Below are positions 20,302 through 32,328 of a stretch of DNA of 64,000 nucleotides, piece after piece. This DNA comes from Dehalococcoidia bacterium (GTDB taxonomy: Bacteria > Chloroflexota > Dehalococcoidia > Lucifugimonadales > VXLM01): NCBI GenBank assembly GCA_963662435.1, contig OY759598.1, positions 186,001-250,000 of the forward strand, given 5' to 3'. The notes under the pieces are model-generated. The model did not search any database, was not told the DNA's origin, and saw only the letters and a list, made by a program, of their open reading frames with translations. Made by a program: the position numbers and the translations under genes. The stretch's first letter is position 1. Every line of letters starts with the position of its first letter.

Positions 20302-21758
20302 CTGGACTTTGTACAAAGTATAGACAAATGATAGGAACAGGGTAAGCTAACAAGACCAAACCATCACGAAAGGTCAAGTTATGCTCACCCTGCCCGATGC
20401 GATTATATCCTTACTCAACCCGTTCGCGCCGATGTTTCAGGCCAGAACATGGTCGAAAGTGCAGGTGCTCCTGATTGGGGCAATCCTGGCCACGCGCAAG
20501 CGCACCGTCACCTCGGCGCTCCGCGTCATGGGACTCAGCGACGACACCAGCTTTGCTCGTTACCACCACGTTCTCAACCGTGCCGAATGGTCACCTCTCC
20601 GGTTGGCACACTGCCTGCTGTTGCTCTTGGTACAACACTTCGATCACGGCGATGGCCCGCTGGTGTTTGGGATCGACGAGACCCTGGAGCGGCGACGTGG
20701 TAGGCGGATCAAGGCCAAGGGGATATATCGCGACGCAGTGCGCTCCAGCGGGAGTCACTTCGTCAAGGCCTCCGGCCTGCGCTGGGTAAGTCTGATGTTG
20801 TTAACGACCATACCCTGGGCAGATCGAACATGGGCGTTACCAGTGCTGACGGCCCTGGCGCCGTCTGAACGGTACTATCAGCAGTTGGGGCGGACTCACA
20901 AGAAGCTGACCGACTGGGCGCGCCAGATGATAGTCCAACTCCGTCGCTGGTTACCCAACCGTCCTCTGGTAATAGTGGCCGACAGTAGCTACGCTGTTCT
21001 CGACCTGCTCGCATTCTGTCAGTCCATGACTCGCCCAGTCACCTTCATTACCCGGTTGCGTCTCGACGCCGCGCTTTATGAACCCGCTCCACCTCGACTG
21101 CCCGGACAGACGGGCCGCCCACGGCTCAAAGGTCAGCGGCTGCCCACACTAAAACAACTCCTCGATCAACCGGCAACCGCGTGGACTGTCGTAATGATCC
21201 CTTGGTACGACGGTACCCTACGCAGAGTGGAGATCGCCTCTCATACGGCGGTCTGGTATCACACGGGTAAGGCCCCAGTCCCCATCCGTTGGGTCTTGAT
21301 ACGCGACCCGATGGGTGTGTTCCGGCCACAGGCTTTGTTGTGCACCGAGTTCAACGTCGAGCCCACTCGAATCGTCGAATGGTTCGTGTTGCGATGGCAA
21401 CTGGAGGTTACCTTCCAGGAAGTTCGCACTCACCTGGGAGTGGAGACTCAGCGCCAATGGTCTGACCTAGCCATCGCCCGCACCACACCGGCGCTCTTCG
21501 GGTTGTTCTCATGGGTTACACTGGCAGCACATGCACTGGGCCGAGGCCAAACCGTACCCGCCCGCTCAGCAGCTTGGTATCCCAAGTCCCTAGCCCACCT
21601 TCTCCGATGCTATCGCTCTGGTCCGCTATCACCTATGGTCCAACTCAGACGTTTTCGGCATATCGCCTGCTCAACCCAACATCCGAAAACTCCCTCGCCC
21701 CATAGTTGACCGCTTCATAGAATCGCTGTCCTACGCAGCATGAATGTACAAAGTCCAG
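20302..21758 (+). mobile_element. IS701-like element
   Basis: IRs CTGGACTTTGTACA / TGTACAAAGTCCAG flanked by CTTAG on both sides. Confidence 0.85.
20381..21743 (+). CDS. IS701-like DDE transposase, frameshift near 21590
   Basis: GIDETLERR, VADSSY, RWQLEVTFQEVRTHLG; an alternative frame continues to TGA at 21741-21743. Confidence 0.85.
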
Positions 21759-21762
21759 CTTA

Positions 21763-22608
21763 GAGGGTGTTTCCAAAGCGTGTCATGAAGGGGCTAGACG
21801 ACGGATCATAAGATGAATCATAGCTATGTGTACCCATGCCTCGGTTGTCTCGGTCAGGGCTTCGTAGTCCTTGCTTAACCGACGACAGCGTCCGAGCCAT
21901 GCCAATGTTCGTTCAACGACCCATCTTCGCGGCAGTACCTCAAAATGATGCGTGTCTCTCGGACGCCTCACAATCTCCAACACCCAGCCCGATAAGGACA
22001 TTACCCAATCAACCAATTGACCAGCGTAACCAGCGTCCGCCCAGATCAATCGCAGGTACGGGAACCTTCCTACCAGCTTATTGATGACCAACTTTGCACC
22101 ATCTCTATCCTGGATGTCGGCCGGATGAACCACGACGGCCACAACAGCCCTATCGTATCCACGGCAATGTGACGCTTGCGACCCATCACCTTCTTACCAG
22201 CATCATAGCCACGAGGCCCCCTTTTTCCGTTGTCTTTACAGACTGGCTATCTATGATCGCTGCGCTGGGCGTCGGGCTTCTACCCTCTGATTGTCGGACG
22301 TTGGGACGCAGTGCCTCGTGGACTCCTTCCCAAGTTCCGTCCAGCGTCCATCTGCGGAAGTATTTGTACACTGTCTGCCAGGGTGGGAGGTCGTGTGGAA
22401 GCATACGCCACGGGCATCCGGTACGCAGCACATACACGATGCCATTGACTACCTCACGTATATCGACTGTGCGCGGCCGTCCTCCAGGCTTGGCTGGCGG
22501 GAGTAAGGGAAGCAGAATGTCCCATTCTTCGTCGGTAAGGTCGCTGGGGTATGGTTTGCGTCTCATACATAAAGTCTAATACAAGTCTAAGACTTTGGAA
22601 ACACCCTC
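21763..22608 (-). mobile_element. IS5-family element (IS1031-like), two ORFs
   Basis: IRs GAGGGTGTTTCCAAAG with TTA duplication; orfA 22566-22186 ([10 protein letters not shown]...IDSQSVKT), AAAAAGGGGG slippery site, orfB to 21783 (WADAGY, RWVVERT); one extra frameshift near 22140. Confidence 0.9.
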
Positions 22609-22663
22609 TTAGTCTCTTATTGGCTGGAGCGCTTGGAATGCATAGAGAGTTTAGAGGATAAGC

Positions 22664-25600
22664 ATGTTTCATCGATTGCAGCCTGGAAGACTTTCCCTGG
22701 CGATTGTGGGGTTGGTCTTGTTCGCCGTCCTGTTTGCGCCCATGGCTCAGGCGCAGACGCCGCCCACCAAACCAGGCGTGGAAGAGGGCATAACGCCACC
22801 TTCTGACCTCGACTCCGCCCAACCCGGGGACCCGGTTGAGGAGGAAAAAGACGGGGTTCAAGGGCAGGGTGGCCGACCGGACAACCTGCCTCCCGGAGTG
22901 GACTCCGCTCAACCCGGCGACCCGGTCGAGGAGGAAGAAGACGGAGTTCAAGGGGAGGAAGGCCGACCGGACAACCTGCCTCCCGGAGTGGACCCGGGCC
23001 AACCAGGCGATCCTGTCGGCGGAGGAGTTAGCGGACAAGCTGATACCGCGCCTGCTCCGACCGGACTGAGAGTCACTGCCTCAGACGAAGACAGCGTAAG
23101 CCTGAGCTGGAATGCGGTAAGCAATGCGGCTGCCTACAGGGTCGATTACCGTAAGGACGGGACAACCACCTGGATCCTCGGCGGTTATGCTTACTCAGTC
23201 ACGTCACGCACGGTGTACGGTCTGGAATGCAACGCAACCTACGAATTCCAGGTAAGCGCCCGCGGCAACGGGAGCACATACTCGTACACCTACGGCTCCC
23301 CGTCGGCCAGCGTCTCCAAGAAGACCGGTCTATGTATCGTGCCCGCACCGTCCGGACTGAAGGTCACCGCCTCAGACGACGAGAGCGTGAGTCTTAGTTG
23401 GAGCGCGGTAACCAACGCAGCTGCCTACAGGGTCGAGTACCGCAAGAGCGGATCTTCCAAGTGGCTCATCGACGGATATGTTTACTCAGGCACGTCCCGC
23501 ACTGTGGACGGTCTGGAGTGTCCCAACACATCCTACGATTTCCAGGTTCGCGCTCGCGGCGACGGAAAATCCTACTCTTTCACCTACAGCCCTCCTTCGA
23601 CCAGCGTGTCGAGGAAGACCAGCCAATGCAGAGCGCCTGCTCCGACCGGACTGAAGGTCACTGGCTCAGACGACGAGAGCATAAGCCTGACTTGGGACGC
23701 GGTAACCGATGCGGGCGCCTACAGAGTCGAGTACCTAAAGAGCGGATCATCCACCTGGCGCATCGATGGGTACGTGTACTCGGGTACGTCACACACGGTA
23801 GATGGTCTGGAAAGCGGCACGACCTATTTCTTCCGCGTCCGCACCCGTGGCGACGGGAATCCTTACTCATTCATTTTCGGCAAGTCTTCGACCAGCGTGT
23901 CGAAGAAGACCAGTCAGACTGCACTCGACCCTCCGACCAGCTTGAGTCTCAGCATTGAGACTGGAGACGACGATGACTTGGACCTGACATATACCAGGAG
24001 TGGAGAGTCCACCCACTACTACCAGTTCGAGCTTCACCGCTCTTTGACCGAGGAAGGGACCTACACTCTTGCGGACACTGAGAACGACTCCACGTCCCCC
24101 GCTAACTTCGACGACCAAACCAAAGGATACTGGTACAAGGCGCAAGGAAGAAACTGCGCCACAAGCTCCCGGACCCGGTGTGGCGGCTGGAGCGAATGGT
24201 CGGCATCCATATATCTCCCGGATGCACTTGACCCTCCTACCGGTCTGATTCTCAGTGTCGAGTCGGGCGACGATGACGACCTGGACTTAACCTTTACTCA
24301 GAGCGGACCGCCTCATTACTACCGGTTCGAGCTTCACCGTTCCACCACTGAAACAGGTGTCTACACACTCGTTCAGACAGTGGACGCCTCCGCCTCCCCG
24401 GCCAACTTCGACGACCAGGACAAAGATTACTGGTACAAGGCTCGCGGCAAGAACTGTAGAACGGCCAGCAGAACAGACTGTGGCGCTTGGAGCGATTTCT
24501 CCGGTGCTATCGAGCTTCAACCCGACGTACTCCCACCCCTCTCGCCACCTACCGGTCTGAGTATCACCGTTGAACAGAACGACAAGGACCTCGATGTGGC
24601 GTTCACGCCAAGCGAGGCTCCACACTTCTACCAGTTCGAACTCTACCGGTCCACCGAGCAGAATGGAGCCTACGCCCTCGTCGCCACTGAGAGCGTTTCC
24701 TTCTCCCCAGCCGATTTCGACTATCAGACGAAGGGCTATTGGTACAAGGCGCGCGGCAGAAACTGTCGAGCGCTAGACCGTACCGACTGCGGGAGCTGGA
24801 GCGGCTTCACCAGTGCAATAGCTCTCCCTGAGGATTCTCCAACCCCGTATGACGCTCCGGCCCCAGCCGGACTCAGCATCACGGCAACGACCGAGACCCG
24901 CGTCTCTCTGAGTTGGAACACGGTTACTGATGCGTACCGCTACATGGTGGAGTACAGCACCGCTGCCAACGGTCCGTGGGCAGCGGCGTTCTACGAACTC
25001 AGCCGCACCAGCTACATCGCATACGGCCTGGACTGTAGCACCACCTACTACTTCAGGGTCAGTGCGCGAGGCGACGGGTCACCATACACCACCGACTATG
25101 GGAGTCCGTCAATAGGGACGGTATCGGCCACCACCGGAACCTGCACGAACCCCTCGAATCTCGCTCCGGCCCCGACAGGGCTCAAAGTCACGTCCTCCAG
25201 TCAGAGCATCGTAAGGCTGTCGTGGAACTCCGTGACAAATGCTGCGACTTACAAGGTGGAGCGCAGTGATTCCCTGACCGGCCCCTGGTCAACCGTGCGC
25301 TTCCCAACGACCGGCACCATAAGGAACGACCACATAGGGCTTGAGTGCGGCACGACGTACTACTATCGGGTGCGTGCCCGCGGCGACGGATCGCCCTACT
25401 CCACCATCTACGGCCAGCCGTCAGCGAACGTTACCGGAACAACCAGCCCGTGCTCGCCGACCGTTGAGATACTCGAACTTCCCACTGCGGTCGAACAAGG
25501 GCGGACCGCCAGCTTCAGGGTCATGGCGTCGCACTTGGATTCAGGTACGAGCTACGTCATCCGGGTCGCGATGGACAACGCCGACATCGGTTTCGACAGC

Positions 25601-27222
25601 CTCTGTACCGACAGAGAGGACGACGCGACGGTGCCAGTGGGAAGTACGTCGCACACCGCCTACCTGACCCTGTACGGATGCGACACGAGCGGGGGAACAG
25701 TTAGCGCGACCCTGCTTGCCGGGAGCACTACGGTCGCAACTGCGACTCCCGTGGACGTCGTCGTGACGCCTCCATCAATGATCACGATCAGTCCTGCGTC
25801 TCCGTACACCGGGCAGAGAGTCACGCTGAGGGCCTCGTCACCATCTTCATACGGTACCGTCTCTTCCTATCAGTGGCAGGAGTGGTCCAACGGACAGTGG
25901 ACGAATCTTGGTGCCGCGTCCACATCGCGACGGTACTCAATCAAGTCGACCAGTGCGCAGACGCGGACGTTCAGGGTCGTGGTCGCGTACACGTCTGGCG
26001 AAACGGAGAGTTCAGCCTGGGTTGCGATTGAATGGAAGCCCATCGTAGTAACCGTCGCTGCGTCTCCCGATAACCCGGAGTCTGGTGACGCGAGCAAGCG
26101 GAAGGTGACGCTGGAGGCGACGGCGGACGCTCCGTCGGGCGTGACGTACCAGTGGCAGCAGGGTTCAGGAAGCAGTTGGACGAACCTCGGTTCTCCCACT
26201 ACTTCGGCAACTAGGGACGTTTCGTTCACCACTCGGGGTAAGAGGAAGTTCAGAGTCCAGGTGCGACACGCCTCGGCCTCGTCCGCTGTGTCGGAGCCGG
26301 CATACGTGACGTGGGACGAGTGGGAGATCGTGGCGGAAATGGTGACTGCGCTTCAGAAGGCAGTTGTTGCAGACTCGACCTACATCTCCGCACAGAAGGC
26401 TCTAGTCGATTGCATGAACACCGGCACCGGGGGAGCATCAGGCGCCGGTGGTGGCAACGCGACCTCCACACCCCCGACGGTTGGAGTTGGCGGTGCCGCA
26501 GGTACTACTCCCGTTAGCTACACCTCATTCGAGCACATACTTGAGCACTATACCGGTGCGACGAAGGCCAAGATGGACGGTGCGTGCAGTTCGCAAGCGA
26601 CGAAGATGTTTAGCATGAACCAGAGCCTCCACATTTCAAAACTGGCCGCTTTGAAGACTACCAAAGCGGAGTATTCCTCATTGCTTGAAACTCCCCAGGG
26701 AAACCAATTCGAGACGAACGTGGGAGATCCAGACGCCCTCAGGCAACTCGCGTATTTGCGGGCCGCTGTCCCAGAACCAGGAACGTTGGATGCTCCACTT
26801 TATGAATCAACGGCGGGAGGAACTATCGGGTCGTCAACGGGACCGACTACACCAATATCTCTTGGAGCAGGAGGCGGGCTTGACTGTTTGCCAGCTGGTG
26901 TAGATGGTGACCGCTTAACGTTGGCGAATAAATTGAAAGTCCTAAATTGCCTAGTATTCTCCACACCACATGGCTTTTGGGTAGCCCAATCATTCAAGAC
27001 CATAGATAACAATGCGCTGAAGGCAAGTGGTCGGTTCGACTGGATCAATTATGGCGACTGGAGATGTAGCGCTCCCATCGAAGGATTGAAGCCACTGCTA
27101 AACGGTCCTGTGCCTTCCTGTCTCAACACGACATTGGATATGGCTTACAACGCTTTGCCGGCGTTGCGGCAGATGGCCAATGGGACGCTGAGTTGGATGA
27201 AGCATGGAACCCTCGCAACTAG
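22664..27222 (+). CDS. Large secreted fibronectin-type-III repeat protein with a probable C-terminal phospholipase A2 domain; frameshift near 27125, ends at the IS630 junction
   Basis: Signal peptide AQA|Q; about 8 FN3 units (APTGLxVT...SLSWxAV...YxFxVRARGDG); shifted frame SCL-x-HDIGYG. Confidence 0.8.
22810..23020 (+). repeat. 90-bp tandem repeat (about 2.3 copies) encoding an acidic Pro/Gly-rich segment
   Basis: DSAQPGDPVEEExDGVQGxxGRPDNLPPGV repeated. Confidence 0.85.
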
Positions 27223-28455
27223 TGGTTCAACTTTTTTGTATTGATGGGTAGAGTGACTTTAGTTTGATGCGGGCATCCTCGGTGGTGAAGCGCCAGTCCA
27301 CTCGTATCACATCCCGGTTGCGTCGATTCTGCCATGCATTGACCTCGCCGCACAGGATGTCTTGGTCGGCAATACGGCGGTCCAGACATTGCCGAGACAG
27401 TACGCCGATTTCTATCTCCGCCATATTCAGCCAACTGCCGTGTTTCGGAGTGTAGTGTATCTCCAATCTCTCAGCGATACGTCTCGCCTCTGAAGGCTCG
27501 AACGCCTCGTAGAGCGATGACAGCTTGTGGGTGTTGAGATTGTCCATCACCAGCACGATCCGCTCTCTGTCTGCATAGTCCTCATCGACCAGTTGCTTTA
27601 TCACATGCGCCCAGTCCACTTTGGTACGACGCTCCCTGACCTCGACTCGGCGCCATCCGTCCAACGGTGCAAACAGCACGAACAGGCTGCTCACCCCATT
27701 GCGCTCGTATTCGTAGTCGTAGGCCGCCGATACGCCGGGCGCTGCCGAACGCGGCACTCGCGTCTCCTTGACCTGCTGCTTGCTCGTCTCATCCATGCAC
27801 ACCAGCGCCTCATTATCGTCATACGAACGCTGGTATGTATCCAGCACGTCTTCCATTGCGCACACAAACTCGGCGCTCTGACCGGGCGGGATGCACCAAC
27901 TTTGCTTCAACCACGGCTTGAGTTCGTTTTTTTCAACACCCTCCGTACCGTCTCGGTGCTGATGGTCTCAACGATCTCACTCTCCACCAATTGCTCAGCC
28001 AACAGCTTGAGAGTCCAGCTCACACGACCATCCGGCGGTTCGCTACAAGCTATCGCTACCAGGTGGGCTTCACCTTCGCCGTCCAGTCTCTTTTGGCGCC
28101 GACGCAACTGCTCTTTGCGATTCAGCGCCGACTCGATCCCCTCCTCCACACAGCGCTTGCGTATACGCTCGACCGTTGACTGTCCCACTCCGAGCGCGCT
28201 GGTAATGTCCGCGTCCTTCATTCCCCCGTCCGAGCGTGACTCATCGCTCATCAGCAGAATGCGCGCATGCGTCTGTTTGTACGCCGCAGCCCGACCGCGT
28301 GAGACCAAGGCGTTGAGTTCCTGTTGTTCGTCGGTAGTCAGTCTGATACGGTACTTCTTGGTTGACATGGTGATTCCTCCTCCACTCAATCGTATGATTG
28401 AGCCTCTCGGAGGAATATGCCCTTTCAGACCTTCATTTCAACAATGTTCGACCAC
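27222..28455 (-). mobile_element. IS630-family element with a probable programmed -1 frameshift
   Basis: TA-flanked IRs GTGGTTCAAC / GTTCGACCAC; orfA 28389-27907 (HTH), A7C slippery site at 27926-27933, orfB 27910-27227 (CMDETSK, MDNLNTH, SWLNMAEIE). Confidence 0.92.
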
Positions 28456-28573
28456 TAGGAATGCGCTGACTGGTTCTAGCCTGTGGTACAGGGAGGTGTG
28501 GCCATCGACATAGGTCTCTGATTGCAGTGCGCCCTCCCACTTGATTGTAGCGTTGCCTGTACTCATCCCGGAT

Positions 28574-28629
28574 CCACCAGACTTGATAAAATCAAGAACC
28601 TTCACGGTGTGGTTCAAGTTGGAGGTGTA
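28574..28629 (+). repeat. 56-bp orphan copy of the leader at 29995-30050
   Basis: CCACCAGACTTGATAAAATCAAGAACCTTCACGGTGTGGTTCAAGTTGGAGGTGTA, 5 mismatches to the second copy. Confidence 0.8.
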
Positions 28630-28899
28630 GCCCTCGATCTGCGGCGGCCGGAGATAGCGCGTAGGTGAATGTGCCGATGAGGATGAAATACATCAGGCAG
28701 CCGTGGCTTCGCAGGCTGATGTCGCGCTTGGTACTGCGCAGGCGAGGCTCGGACATGACCAGTCTTGGGATGCTCTCCACCGAAGGAAGCGTTCCCATCC
28801 GGCAGACCAAATTCGCGCCCGATGGCGTGGATTTCTCCGAGGACGTGACGGAGGGCAGGTGGGTGGAGGAGGGTCTGTCGCATTCAGACTTCTCGACGG

Positions 28900-29181
28900 T
28901 GCGTTCCTCTTCCTGCTCTCCTCTGTGGCGAAGATCGACCCGGCGTGCTCCACAAGGGCCTTCTTCCACGCGTGTATCTGGTTCGGGTGAACCTCGAAAC
29001 GGCCCGCCAGTTGGCTGATCGTCTGCTCTCCCCTCACTGCCTCCAACGCCACCTTCGCCTTGAATGCCGCCGTGTGCCTTCTCCTCTGTTGTCCCGTGCT
29101 CTGCTCCTTTCCCTATCGGACTTATCCTAGAAGCAGAACTCCAACTTAGCCCCCTGTCTCGTTCTTGGGGTCCACCTCACA
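28900..29181 (-). mobile_element. IS3-family left-end remnant (IR plus truncated orfA)
   Basis: TGTGAGGTGGACCCCAAG end; RRRHTAAFKAKVALEAVRGEQTISQLAGRFEVHPNQIHAWKK; start codon reads ACG; orfB absent. Confidence 0.8.
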
Positions 29182-29240
29182 TAGAGCAGGTTGACAACAT
29201 CGGGACTGCAACTTAACCTGGTACCTGACCTGTCCTAATC

Positions 29241-29831
29241 GTGGAGTCCACCCCATACGTTCAATGTGGCTGGAGTCAGGCTGACGTGGGTACTGCGATT
29301 GTAGAACGAAGCATCCTGTACTACACCAACCGCGAGCGGCGTCGACGGAAACTGCGAGGACTGAAGGGCCACCGTGGGTTAATAAGAGCCGCTAAAGGCC
29401 ATAGCCGTTGGATGGCTCGCACTGGCGTCTATGGCCACAATGGCGCACATGGTTCTTCACCCATAGACCGAGCACAGAGACAAGGCTACGGTTCCGGCGT
29501 CAGCGAGAACATCTGGAACGCCCCCTCACGGCGAGGTAAGGGTGGTACGTGGAAGAGCAAGTTCCAATGGAACAGCGACTGGAGCTTGGGCAAGGCGGCG
29601 GTTATCTCTTGGATGAACAGCCCCGGGCACCGGGCTAACTTACTAGGTTCCGATTGGTACCATATCGGGATAGGCGTAGCCCGCAGTAGGAGGGGTACGT
29701 ATTACCTGACTCAGAATTTCGGCGATGGAAACAGTGCGCAAGCCGAGTTCGCCTGGCGCATGCTTAGGTGGCTGGCGGTGCCCCTAGCGATAGCAGCATT
29801 ATTGATTCTTTCGGCTATTGAGTCTGAGTAG
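29241..29831 (+). CDS. CAP(SCP)-domain protein with a C-terminal TM helix
   Basis: TNRERRRR...AKGHSRWM...GH...SENI...WMNSPGHRANLL...YYLTQNFG. Confidence 0.8.
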   Translation: MESTPYVQCGWSQADVGTAIVERSILYYTNRERRRRKLRGLKGHRGLIRAAKGHSRWMARTGVYGHNGAHGSSPIDRAQRQGYGSGVSENIWNAPSRRGKGGTWKSKFQWNSDWSLGKAAVISWMNSPGHRANLLGSDWYHIGIGVARSRRGTYYLTQNFGDGNSAQAEFAWRMLRWLAVPLAIAALLILSAIESE

Positions 29832-29865
29832 GTGGCGAGGCAGCTAATGACGGTGAGACCAGAAC

Positions 29866-30000
29866 ATGAATCGACCAACCTCTACGGTAAGGGTGGGTGT
29901 TGCAATTGCTGCGGTCATGGCGGTGACGGGAGTCTTCGCGCCCCTACTGGCACCACATGATCCTCTGCACTTGAACACAGCTGCAATACTCTGCCCACCA
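29866..30000 (+). pseudogene. N-terminal fragment of an OppC/DppC ABC permease
   Basis: GVAIAAVMAVTGVFAPLLAPHDP...ILCPP, breaks at the 56-bp repeat. Confidence 0.5.
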
Positions 30001-30050
30001 GACTTGACAAAATCAAGAACTTTCACCTTGTGCTTCAAGTTGGAGGTGTA
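29995..30050 (+). promoter_or_regulatory. Putative promoter/RBS leader of the 30052 gene
   Basis: TTGACA and GGAGG upstream of the ATG at 30052; no clear -10 box. Confidence 0.45.
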
Positions 30051-30051
30051 A

Positions 30052-32202
30052 ATGAGGAGGCTTAAGGTGTCGATAGGTACACGGTCACGGAAGAGAGAAT
30101 TCCGTCACGTGAAGCTGATTGGCCTCGTAGTGCTCCTTTCTGCCATGTCTCTGACCGCATGTAGTGACGAGTCGTCCACGCCGACCAACATCCCCACGCC
30201 AGTACCTTCGGCAACGTCAACACCTACTGACACTCCCACACCTGTGCCAACGCGGACGACGACATCGGAAACCGCCCCCGCGGATACCCCGGCTTCCCCT
30301 CCTAGTGATACTCCGGTTCCAATTGCCACGACAGCAGAACCGACACAATTGCCGCCAACCCTCACTCCAGTTCCCCTTCCGGGTGTTGTTCAGAACCTTG
30401 TAGTAGTCAGCGTTACGGAGGACTCGATCACGCTCCGATGGAAGCCACCAGCCAACAGTGATGTGGCTGTAGTCGAACGCTATGAGGTGACACGAGACGT
30501 ATCCTTTGGCCGAGACGAGCATTACTTCGTAACGGAACCGACGCTTACTCACCTGGGCCTCAAGAGTGGCACAGAGCACAAGTACCGCGTTAGAGCAATT
30601 GGTGTAGGAGGGGTGGAAGGCGAAGAGGTCAACATAGAAGTGACTACTTCCGATTCGATGACTTCTGAGCCAGTATCGACACCGACGCCCGGACCTCCCG
30701 TTACGAGCACCCCAGTTCCTACCGCCACACCAAGGCAGACACAATTGCCGCCAACCCTCACTCCAGTTCCCCTTCCGGGTGTTGTTCAGAACCTTGAAGT
30801 AGTCAGCGTTACGGAGGACTCGATCACGCTCCGATGGAAGCCACCAGCCAACAGTGATGTGGCTGTAGTCGAACGCTATGAGGTGACACGAGACGTATCC
30901 TTTGGCCGTGACGAGCATCACTTTGTATCGGTGACGATGTTTACCGATGCAGAACTCAGAAGCGGTACAGAGCACAAGTACCGCGTTAGAGCAATTGGTG
31001 TAGGAGGGGTGGAAGGCGAAGAGACCAGCATCGAAGGGACGACGTCCGACTCGGTGACATCAGTATCGACACCTACGAGCCTGGCACCAACACCCGGCCC
31101 CGCCGACACAGCGATACATATCCCAGAGGAGATAAAGGAGATAGTTATCGGTATCGGCGATATCTCTGGCTACCAATCGGTCCAAGACGCAGCCATAACG
31201 CAGGACGGGAGTACTCTATCTTTGGTCCTGGTTGTAGGGGCTGCTACGAGCGAGGAGCACGCCAAGGAGTTGGGCGAGAACTTCGTTAGGATGCTCAAGT
31301 CCCTGAGCCAGGACGAGCCCCCAAGCATAGTCATAGGCACTGGCATCTACGACTACCTCATTGGAGTATACCGCCCTAATCAAGAGCAAATTGCATCGGG
31401 GGCCAAAGCTAGGACGGCTGATCGCATAAGTTGGACTTCAGTTGCTATTCCGACGCCAGCACTAACGCCTACTCTGCCGGCGACTCCGACCGCTGCACCA
31501 GATTCTCCCTCAGAGAGCATAGTGGACATGGACATTTGGCGTGGTCTTGTGGTTGCCCCAGAATACCGCTGTTCGCCGTACGACTCGGACGCCTACCGCT
31601 ACTCGCAGTCTGTGGAGCAACAGATCGTCGCCAGCATGGGCGGCATCGTCTACGGTCCATACACGGGAAGGTGGTTCGATAGCACGTCGGACACTGACAT
31701 TGAGCACATCGTCGCACGCTCTGAGGCTCACGATAGCGGCCTCTGCGCAGTGGATGCAGCAACAAAACGACAGTTTGCCTCCGATCTCATCAATCTTACC
31801 CTGGCGAGCCCTGAGGTGAATCGCTCGCAAAAGAGCGGCAAGGACGCCGCCGAATGGCTCCCCGACCTGAATCAGTGCTGGTTCGCAAACCGCGTAGTCG
31901 AGGTTCGGAAGAAATTTGACCTCACCATCGACGAACGCGAACGTGACGCAGTGGAGAGTGTCTTGGCAGGTTGCACGTCCACGGACATGATTGTGCAAGA
32001 AGCTCCGGCCCAGACTGCCACTCCGGTTCCTACTTCGGGAGAAGGGGAAAGCAGTACTGCTCTCGAAATGTACGACGACAACGGGAATGGCCGCATCACC
32101 TGCGCAGAGGCGCGCAACCACGGCATTGCCCCGGTGCGCCGGGGGCATCCTGCATATGAGTACATGAACGACGCCGACAACGACGGTGTCGTCTGCGAAT
32201 GA
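30052..32202 (+). CDS. Lipoprotein: 2x FN3 + DUF1524-like HNH nuclease + Excalibur-like Ca-binding domain
   Basis: Lipobox LTAC; DIEHIVARSEAHDSG...FASDLINL...VNRSQKSGKDAAEWLP; ITCAEAR...GHPAY...DADNDGVVCE. Confidence 0.8.
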   Translation: MRRLKVSIGTRSRKREFRHVKLIGLVVLLSAMSLTACSDESSTPTNIPTPVPSATSTPTDTPTPVPTRTTTSETAPADTPASPPSDTPVPIATTAEPTQLPPTLTPVPLPGVVQNLVVVSVTEDSITLRWKPPANSDVAVVERYEVTRDVSFGRDEHYFVTEPTLTHLGLKSGTEHKYRVRAIGVGGVEGEEVNIEVTTSDSMTSEPVSTPTPGPPVTSTPVPTATPRQTQLPPTLTPVPLPGVVQNLEVVSVTEDSITLRWKPPANSDVAVVERYEVTRDVSFGRDEHHFVSVTMFTDAELRSGTEHKYRVRAIGVGGVEGEETSIEGTTSDSVTSVSTPTSLAPTPGPADTAIHIPEEIKEIVIGIGDISGYQSVQDAAITQDGSTLSLVLVVGAATSEEHAKELGENFVRMLKSLSQDEPPSIVIGTGIYDYLIGVYRPNQEQIASGAKARTADRISWTSVAIPTPALTPTLPATPTAAPDSPSESIVDMDIWRGLVVAPEYRCSPYDSDAYRYSQSVEQQIVASMGGIVYGPYTGRWFDSTSDTDIEHIVARSEAHDSGLCAVDAATKRQFASDLINLTLASPEVNRSQKSGKDAAEWLPDLNQCWFANRVVEVRKKFDLTIDERERDAVESVLAGCTSTDMIVQEAPAQTATPVPTSGEGESSTALEMYDDNGNGRITCAEARNHGIAPVRRGHPAYEYMNDADNDGVVCE
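30342..31022 (+). repeat. Near-identical internal duplication of the FN3 unit, 396-bp offset
   Basis: GACACAATTGCCGCCAACCCTCACT... starts at both 30342 and 30738. Confidence 0.9.
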
Positions 32203-32328
32203 AGCGGCGGCCTTTCGGATTCCAATAGCGGCAACACCAATTGGACAGTCCTGGACAAGGGGTTGACTAGCGGGGTTGAGTTGTCGGATTATGATATCCG
32301 TACTATTAGCACCGCACAGAGGGGCGAT

